A stretch of 64,000 nucleotides of DNA, from IMG/VR virus record IMGVR_UViG_3300029733_000185; one strand, given 5' to 3'. Position 1 is the stretch's first letter, and each line of letters opens with the position of its first letter. Source of the DNA: a virus (taxonomy: Duplodnaviria > Heunggongvirae > Uroviricota > Caudoviricetes). The notes beneath the pieces were generated by a model. The model was not told where the DNA came from. It did not search any database and worked only from the letters and a program-made list of their open reading frames with translations. Below are positions 58,155 to 64,000 of the stretch, piece after piece. A program made the translations under genes and the position numbers.

Positions 58155-58946
58155 TTAGTTACTCTTTTTTTGCAAATGAAATGTCACGACATCACATAGT
58201 CGAAACTCAGATTGTCCTACGCTTTCAATTATACCAAAATCTAGAAATATACCAAGTGATGTTTCAGTAGTTGCCTTTGTGGTTGCTTTTGTCGTTGCTT
58301 TTGCATCATTATTTGTAGATAAGCTGCTTTCATCAAAGGTTTCCGCTGCTTCCACGGCCTCATCCGTTGAAAATGGTGACTGAACATATCCACGAGTAAT
58401 TATCCATCTTAACAATTTGCGATCGAACTCATTGAGTTTCTTGATACAAATATGATTCTCAAATAACAACAATATAATATCTATCACAAAAGCAGAGACA
58501 TTTAAAATTATTTTTTTGCTATCATCTTGAACATCTTGTAGAGCGAGTCTTAACACAACTGCTCTGGAAAATGCCGACAAACAGAACGAGGTTACATCGT
58601 TATCTGTATGGACCAGTCCACTTCCAACAACATATGCTCTGGCATATCGAGACTCTCCTGTCGTTGGTTGAGTGACAGAAATCGCATTTTTTAGTGCGGA
58701 TTTAATCACATTAGCGTTACTCTCTATTAGTTTATTGTTTTCTTCATTTTCATCATTTCTGAGATCCTGATAGATAAGCTCTACAATTTTTAGGACGTCA
58801 TCATTTGATGAGGCGCCTGCGGCTGTGGTATAACCGCTGAACTGCATTTGCCTGGCAATGCTTGCGCTTCGCTCGCGCCGAGCATCTTCAATTTGAATAT
58901 TTTTTAATCTGTTTTTATAAACTTCTCTTTCGTGTTTTTGTGCCAT
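58155..58946 (-). CDS. hypothetical protein
   Basis: start MAQKHERE with GGAGG RBS (ORF track extends to 59120 but would overlap upstream gene). Confidence 0.5.
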   Translation of the reverse strand: MAQKHEREVYKNRLKNIQIEDARRERSASIARQMQFSGYTTAAGASSNDDVLKIVELIYQDLRNDENEENNKLIESNANVIKSALKNAISVTQPTTGESRYARAYVVGSGLVHTDNDVTSFCLSAFSRAVVLRLALQDVQDDSKKIILNVSAFVIDIILLLFENHICIKKLNEFDRKLLRWIITRGYVQSPFSTDEAVEAAETFDESSLSTNNDAKATTKATTKATTETSLGIFLDFGIIESVGQSEFRLCDVVTFHLQKKSN

Positions 58947-58977
58947 AATACCTCCATTAAGATAGATAAGACTGCAT

Positions 58978-60486
58978 TTATTGGAATTTAGGATAAATAA
59001 CATCTCCTGAAGCTCCTTCGTTAGAGCATGTTGGAACATTGCCATCGTTAAATATTGCCTCTTTTTGACCGAGTAGCGCACAATATACATCCTGTTCCAT
59101 GTTGAAGGCCGTTGTATCAAGCAGCATTACACCACTAACTCTCTTTTCTTTAGTTAAGCGCTCTTTCGAAGTTAAACATTTATCCGAAATTTGAATGAGC
59201 CAAACCAACTTCGGTAATTCCATAGCAAGAACACAACTAGCATATGGATATGTATTAATATTTTTTCTCACGAATTCTTTATACGTGTTACTTGAAGCAA
59301 TTACAATCGAAATTTCAACCATCTCACAATCCAAGTCAAAGAATCCAATGTCGGCATTTTGTTCGCATAAATAAGATAGAGCGAATTGTTTAGCTGATAC
59401 ATAATTCAGCTTGATTTTTGAATATAATGGCGCTATAAAGCCACATATTTTTCCATAAGACACGTTTTTATCAGCATCCGATAAGTCAGAAATAGGTAAT
59501 TGTCCATATGCAAACTCTGAATCATCAAGAACAACAAGTGTATTAACTAGTGCTGATGTAAAAGCGACCCGAACCGGCTTTTCCTCTGAAACTTGCAAAT
59601 CTTGGTAAGCGACACACAATGGAGCAGAATCGTGTGTCAAACCATAGAACGCCATTCTTTGATATCCAACACAAAGTATTGCATGATTAAATTCCCCATC
59701 ATTCGTAAGAAGTATTACAGGAATTTTAGATTGGACGTAAGCAGACAATTCTTCAATCAAATCGAAATAAGAATAACAATCAGAAGCTGTCCACCTCAAA
59801 ACAGGCAAACAACCAGCACGTGTAAGCACTAAAGACATCTGTTTTTCGCTTATCCCATCGGTTACAGACAATGTGTTTTCAGGATCATCCATCACTTCTG
59901 CAAATCGCGTAGCTGCATAATCATGAAATTTTGGAAAATAATTCAAGATTCCCCAAAGAGAGTCGTGTCCGCAACACAAACCATATGGAAGTTGTTTTAT
60001 ACATGGGAAAGCATCTAACGTTAGTTCGTACCCCAAGTGATGAATTTTGCCCGGGTACGATATCACCGAATAATTATCATTCAGTAAAGCAGACGGATCA
60101 ATCGACACCCTTCCCAGCTTATACGGAGAATTTACTGGGAATAGCGTGCAAAATCCAAGAAATTTATAGTCATTTGGAAAGGAAGGCTCTTCTATTGATT
60201 TCGATTCTTGTTTTGAAAAAAATATAACACGGAGACAACGTTTGTCAATATTGGTGTATTTCATACCGTGCTTATAAACGCAACTCAAATATTCACGATC
60301 ATAATACGGGTATTCCATAACAACCAGGTCTGTTCTTTCTATTAATCCGGTCTGTCCGTTCATTCGGCATATCACTTCATCCGTGAAAAAAGAACGTATA
60401 ATTTGGTTGTCGATTATCTTGTCGTCTTGTAAAAAACCAAAGCTTGTTTCACCGCTGACATCAATACTTATGGTTTCTATCATCAT
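58978..60486 (-). CDS. hypothetical protein, possible Cys-peptidase-like fold
   Basis: 502 aa; conserved-looking Cys/His positions (NHAILCVGYQ); no secure assignment. Confidence 0.5.
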   Translation of the reverse strand: MMIETISIDVSGETSFGFLQDDKIIDNQIIRSFFTDEVICRMNGQTGLIERTDLVVMEYPYYDREYLSCVYKHGMKYTNIDKRCLRVIFFSKQESKSIEEPSFPNDYKFLGFCTLFPVNSPYKLGRVSIDPSALLNDNYSVISYPGKIHHLGYELTLDAFPCIKQLPYGLCCGHDSLWGILNYFPKFHDYAATRFAEVMDDPENTLSVTDGISEKQMSLVLTRAGCLPVLRWTASDCYSYFDLIEELSAYVQSKIPVILLTNDGEFNHAILCVGYQRMAFYGLTHDSAPLCVAYQDLQVSEEKPVRVAFTSALVNTLVVLDDSEFAYGQLPISDLSDADKNVSYGKICGFIAPLYSKIKLNYVSAKQFALSYLCEQNADIGFFDLDCEMVEISIVIASSNTYKEFVRKNINTYPYASCVLAMELPKLVWLIQISDKCLTSKERLTKEKRVSGVMLLDTTAFNMEQDVYCALLGQKEAIFNDGNVPTCSNEGASGDVIYPKFQ

Positions 60487-60997
60487 TTACTCCTCTTTTC
60501 TACCGACTTCTTGCCACAATGCGCTTGCTTCTAAAGAATCACGTCATTCTCTGTTCGGCAAACCTGCACATTGATGCCCATTTTCACTTCTCAGTTTCAT
60601 TTATAATATATGAGTAAATAGATTTTGTCAATATAAAAACTAAAATCATTTATAATTTTTTATATTTTTGACCTTCGAATATAAAATAATACCATTTATT
60701 TTAAGGTTCTAATGACATTGTAGCGCAAGCGCATTTGATATATAATATGGTATCTATCGCAGTGGGTTTGCCTGCGCATCATGCGTAAGAACAAGATTGA
60801 AGACCGAGCCTTGAATGTAAACACATTAATATTAATTAAGAAATGGGAGTTCCTAATGAAACTCCCATTTTTGCGTTGTGTTCAAATAACAACACAATAT
60901 CGATTTAACAATTTCAGCACCACAACACTTTGTTAAGCAGAGGTTATATTAAACATCAATAAGCCCCATGAACGCACCTCCTCAAGCAATAATATGT

Positions 60998-61291
60998 TTA
61001 ATAAAATCGAATATTACGCGCGCAATCTGCTGAAATTGATCGCTTACGTTCCTCTTCGCTAATCTGATTAAGATGCTTAATATAATTCTTATCAGAAAGA
61101 ATTGGGCCGGTACATCTCACCAAACTGCCGACATCAGGATTAGGCACGCTCGGCTTTTTCTTTGAATAGTTATCGTTCATTTTTTCACCTCTCATGGTTA
61201 TGCCCGCCATAACGAAAACGTTGCCAAGTACATATACAGGTGTGCCATTGATGGCAAGACTATTCACTACCAAACGCAGCGTATTGGTCAT
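60998..61291 (-). CDS. hypothetical protein
   Basis: 97 aa. Confidence 0.35.
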   Translation of the reverse strand: MTNTLRLVVNSLAINGTPVYVLGNVFVMAGITMRGEKMNDNYSKKKPSVPNPDVGSLVRCTGPILSDKNYIKHLNQISEEERKRSISADCARNIRFY

Positions 61292-61372
61292 CTTCGTTTG
61301 GCCACTTCAATTGACGGAGCAAACTATCTTTCAGCATCACTATCATGAATTTCTGCGTTGGAGATGGGATAA

Positions 61373-61645
61373 CTACAACGGAATGTGATTGCTTTCGTTG
61401 GAAATATTGGAGCAAAAGAATTGATATGCTGCTGATGCTGCTGATTCAATGTTTTTTGCCCACCCGTGACCACAATTGAGCAAAGCATTGTTTTCTTTTT
61501 TTAAAATGCACCAAAAGTAATGTTCAGTATTATTAAATGTTTCGCTTTCTAAATTAATTTGAATGGTATAAATATATATCACCTCACTCGAAAGAAGTAT
61601 GTACAATATGACAACTTTTACTTGATTGGCCATTTCCAATATCAA
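61373..61645 (-). CDS. hypothetical protein
   Basis: 90 aa; extended -10 promoter at 61755-61772. Confidence 0.35.
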   Translation of the reverse strand: MILEMANQVKVVILYILLSSEVIYIYTIQINLESETFNNTEHYFWCILKKENNALLNCGHGWAKNIESAASAAYQFFCSNISNESNHIPL

Positions 61646-61775
61646 AGTCTTTCATTGATTGAGCGTCTTGAAATGCTTGTGCATCAATTCTATCAATAGT
61701 ATCATACCAACTCATGTTATTTTATTTGTAACCTCTACTTTGCATTTATTCTTCAATATATTAATACCACACATG

Positions 61776-61818
61776 CAAAAAAGCAAAAAGCCTCCGAGCC
61801 AAAAGGACATCGGAGGGC
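61776..61818 (-). terminator. intrinsic terminator after SecB-like gene
   Basis: CCTCCG..CGGAGG stem plus U-run. Confidence 0.55.
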
Positions 61819-61856
61819 AAAATTGAATTTTCCATCAAGGTGAAGTCACACCACAA

Positions 61857-62309
61857 CTATTCGACATACGTGACTTCACAATTTTCTAATGTATTAGCAT
61901 GCAAATCCACCAGTGGCAAATAGTATGCCGGATATTTGCTTTGCCCTGTAATGGACGAAACAACTGGTCGCATATAAGATAGTAATGCAGCTGCTGTATC
62001 AATAGACAAAAAATGATTTAAAGTCTCCTTATCTACATCTTCCCATTCTACTGTGGTACACATTGTGAAATCAACACAAAAAGGAGACCCGTTTTTTGTA
62101 CCAATGACCCAACGCAGCGCAGCGAACGCCTGATGCTTCCTATTATTGATTTCCAATGATAATGAAAATGCGTTATTTAAGGTAACTTGTTTATCTGTAC
62201 ATTCAAAATTTTCGTTTTCTTTGAACACAAGCTCTTTAATGAACGGATTATGCATCGTCAACTTACTCTTAGCCATATTCATAGTTCCACCTTCTGTTAC
62301 TGAAATCAC
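61857..62309 (-). CDS. SecB-like chaperone-fold protein
   Basis: 150 aa; pattern IKELVFKENENFE...FAALRWVIGT...FCVDF..C..VEW...LNHFLSIDTAAALLSYMRPVVSS...PAYYLPLVDL parallels SecB fold. Confidence 0.45.
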   Translation of the reverse strand: MISVTEGGTMNMAKSKLTMHNPFIKELVFKENENFECTDKQVTLNNAFSLSLEINNRKHQAFAALRWVIGTKNGSPFCVDFTMCTTVEWEDVDKETLNHFLSIDTAAALLSYMRPVVSSITGQSKYPAYYLPLVDLHANTLENCEVTYVE

Positions 62310-62310
62310 G

Positions 62311-62862
62311 TTAAGTTTGCTTCATGGAATATTTTTTTGATTTGACATCAGCATCATATCCGCGCTTTTTATCAGGATATATTTGATGATTGGTATCAAT
62401 GAAAAGAGGAAAAATCACGCTATCATCAACTAAATAGAATACCAAACGAGCAGGTGCCTCACCACTTGCAAGTTGTACTTGATATATATTTTCGGCTGTT
62501 AATTCACGAACTCTCTCATCTCGAAACCCATAACCGCCTAAAATTTTCTTAACAAACTCAACCCGATTTTTGTCAATACTATGACAGTGTAGTGATCCAT
62601 CTCCCATAAACGCACTGAGACTTTTGTACTGCGATATATGTCTTAATTTTTCAAACCCACTGTCTAATACAAACACGCACTCTTCTGCATTCTTAAAATG
62701 GTTGTTAAAGCCTGATATGGTTATTGAGTGTTTTTGAAAATCTTTTAAGCTAATTGTCAGTCCGTTTGCACTTTTGGGAGACGGGTTGGCAATAAGTGAA
62801 GAATTATCCAAGTTGCCAGGACGAATTCGTCCATTTCCTTTGTTATTTTTATTCTTACTCAT
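62311..62862 (-). CDS. toxin candidate of Panacea-type TA module (unknown family)
   Basis: 183 aa; overlaps Panacea gene by 8 nt and SecB-like gene start by 1 nt. Confidence 0.45.
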   Translation of the reverse strand: MSKNKNNKGNGRIRPGNLDNSSLIANPSPKSANGLTISLKDFQKHSITISGFNNHFKNAEECVFVLDSGFEKLRHISQYKSLSAFMGDGSLHCHSIDKNRVEFVKKILGGYGFRDERVRELTAENIYQVQLASGEAPARLVFYLVDDSVIFPLFIDTNHQIYPDKKRGYDADVKSKKYSMKQT

Positions 62863-63412
62863 CTACAAGCTGATTGATATAGAAGCCACGAATAACATTC
62901 GGATCGATTTTTGCACTTGATGGAATATCATAATTGAGTCTTTTTCTTGCTTTGATCCACGGATCTTCACTGTGTGTTAAGCGTTCCAATTGGCCAGCAG
63001 TAAAGCTACCATAAGCATCCCAAACTTGATTTAAAACATCAAGCACGTCGCCGGGTAAAGAGATCTTCTGCTTGTAAAGTGGAATATCCTCCCACCCATA
63101 CTTTTTATATTTATAGTAGAGCTTTCTGCAAACGGGGCCATGAATCCACGCCTCAAACCCCTCGCGACAAATTTCGGTATCAATCTTATCGCAGTCTTCG
63201 TCCTCTGCATCTTCCAGCAATATAATGCACCAGCAGTAAGCATAATAACACAACTTTTGCAGTTTTTTATTCGACATGCTTTCTTTAGACAAAAACCAAT
63301 TAGCAATCTGAAAGATCAGATCCTGCGGTTCGTTATCGAACATAAGGGACGCAGTAGAATATCCACTCACCTTTGAGCAATCATAATTGTCATTAAATCC
63401 ACTTTGATTCAT
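62855..63412 (-). CDS. Panacea-domain (DUF4065, PanA/SocA-like) antitoxin
   Basis: KLQKLCYYAYCW...FEAWIHGPVCRKLYYKYKKYG matches Panacea core (KLQKLLYYAQGW...EAWxxGPV..VY..YK.YG). Confidence 0.7.
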   Translation of the reverse strand: MNQSGFNDNYDCSKVSGYSTASLMFDNEPQDLIFQIANWFLSKESMSNKKLQKLCYYAYCWCIILLEDAEDEDCDKIDTEICREGFEAWIHGPVCRKLYYKYKKYGWEDIPLYKQKISLPGDVLDVLNQVWDAYGSFTAGQLERLTHSEDPWIKARKRLNYDIPSSAKIDPNVIRGFYINQLVDE

Positions 63413-64000
63413 ATGTCACACCCCTCCGTATTCATAATATACCACACAAGACATATTAACTCAATAGCAAATTGCGCCTGTCATATTATTATATGGAAAT
63501 TATATCACACGCTACGAGCCGTAAAAATCAGACATTGACATCTCATATTTTTTAATCGTTGAAAGACAATGAAACTCTGTCTACAAATTAATACCGAAAA
63601 AAATATAAAACAAAAAGCCACACTTGGCACTCAGAATGATCTGCGCCCAGTTGTGGCAACCGATAAATATAAAGGGGTCGAATTGCTCCAACCCCTTAGG
63701 TATGAGTCCGCAAACACATACCCCGATTAATATAATTATACATCAAACAGGAAATAAAGACAAGACTTGTCAAAACAAGAGTGCAAAGCAAAAAAAAGCA
63801 GTGAAAGCGCCAACAACGACGCCTTCACTAGCTATTACTCCGCATATCCTATCCGGAGTTTTTGCCATGAGTTATCAAATTCAAATGGTGAAGTGCTTAT
63901 CGTAACACTCCGCCGAAAGCCTAACCGGTTTGAGCAATATGCTTGGTTAGGTCTGTTTTATTATATTATGCAGTTTTACTGTATTGATACACTTAAATGC

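Noticed and set aside
63624-63905. 93-aa plus-strand ORF followed by a plus-strand hairpin and T-run
   Set aside because: The translation is low-complexity (Thr/Lys/Pro/Gln) with no RBS. The region more likely encodes leader or promoter elements of the Panacea cassette, or a non-coding RNA.
1-64000. Scan for CRISPR arrays, integrase or recombinase, relaxase, coupling protein and att sites
   Set aside because: No regularly spaced direct repeats, tyrosine or serine recombinase motifs, MobA or TrwC-type relaxase motifs or FtsK-like coupling protein were seen in this window. The element boundaries and mobilisation core must lie outside it.

Overview
This 64 kb window is AT-rich, low-GC Firmicutes-type DNA with almost every gene on the minus strand. 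It looks like part of a large mobile element: a conjugative plasmid, ICE or phage-plasmid. No integrase, relaxase, coupling protein or att site lies inside the window, so the element boundaries are unknown. Product calls come from motif reading only; no homology search was run.

Main contents, in coordinate order:
- 1-11 kb: a Gram-positive type IV secretion module (Tn916/pCW3-like), with a VirB4-like ATPase, a TcpE-like membrane protein, a 1231-aa cell-wall hydrolase (M23 peptidase plus 3D domain), a VirB6-like polytopic protein and two tandem VirB2-like pilin candidates.
- 11-29 kb: a SpoVG-like protein with a structured leader, an AAA_5/MoxR-like ATPase paired with a vWA-domain protein that carries an HExxH motif, SSB, a Toprim primase, a sigma/anti-sigma pair, a RecD-like helicase and topoisomerase III.
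- 29.6-35.5 kb: an array of 28 tRNA genes covering all 20 amino acids. It is split by an insertion of an IscB (OMEGA) RNA-guided nuclease gene with its upstream omega-RNA.
- 35-47 kb: an HNH endonuclease, signal peptidase I, an SPFH/NfeD pair, an SNase-like nuclease, a prepilin-peptidase-like protein with two TadE-like proteins, a YidC-like protein, and a strand-switch regulatory region with small plus-strand genes.
- 47.5-57.7 kb: a 3383-aa secreted giant protein with multiple zinc-ribbon motifs and Listeria-Bacteroides-type repeats.
- 58-63.4 kb: two unknown genes, then a Panacea-domain (PanA-like) antitoxin, a toxin candidate and a SecB-like protein in one three-gene cluster.

A recurring motif is a terminator-like hairpin plus U-tract placed between TRTGnTATWAT extended -10 promoters and the ribosome-binding site of many genes.

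tRNA and small-feature coordinates are read by eye and may be off by 1-2 nt.
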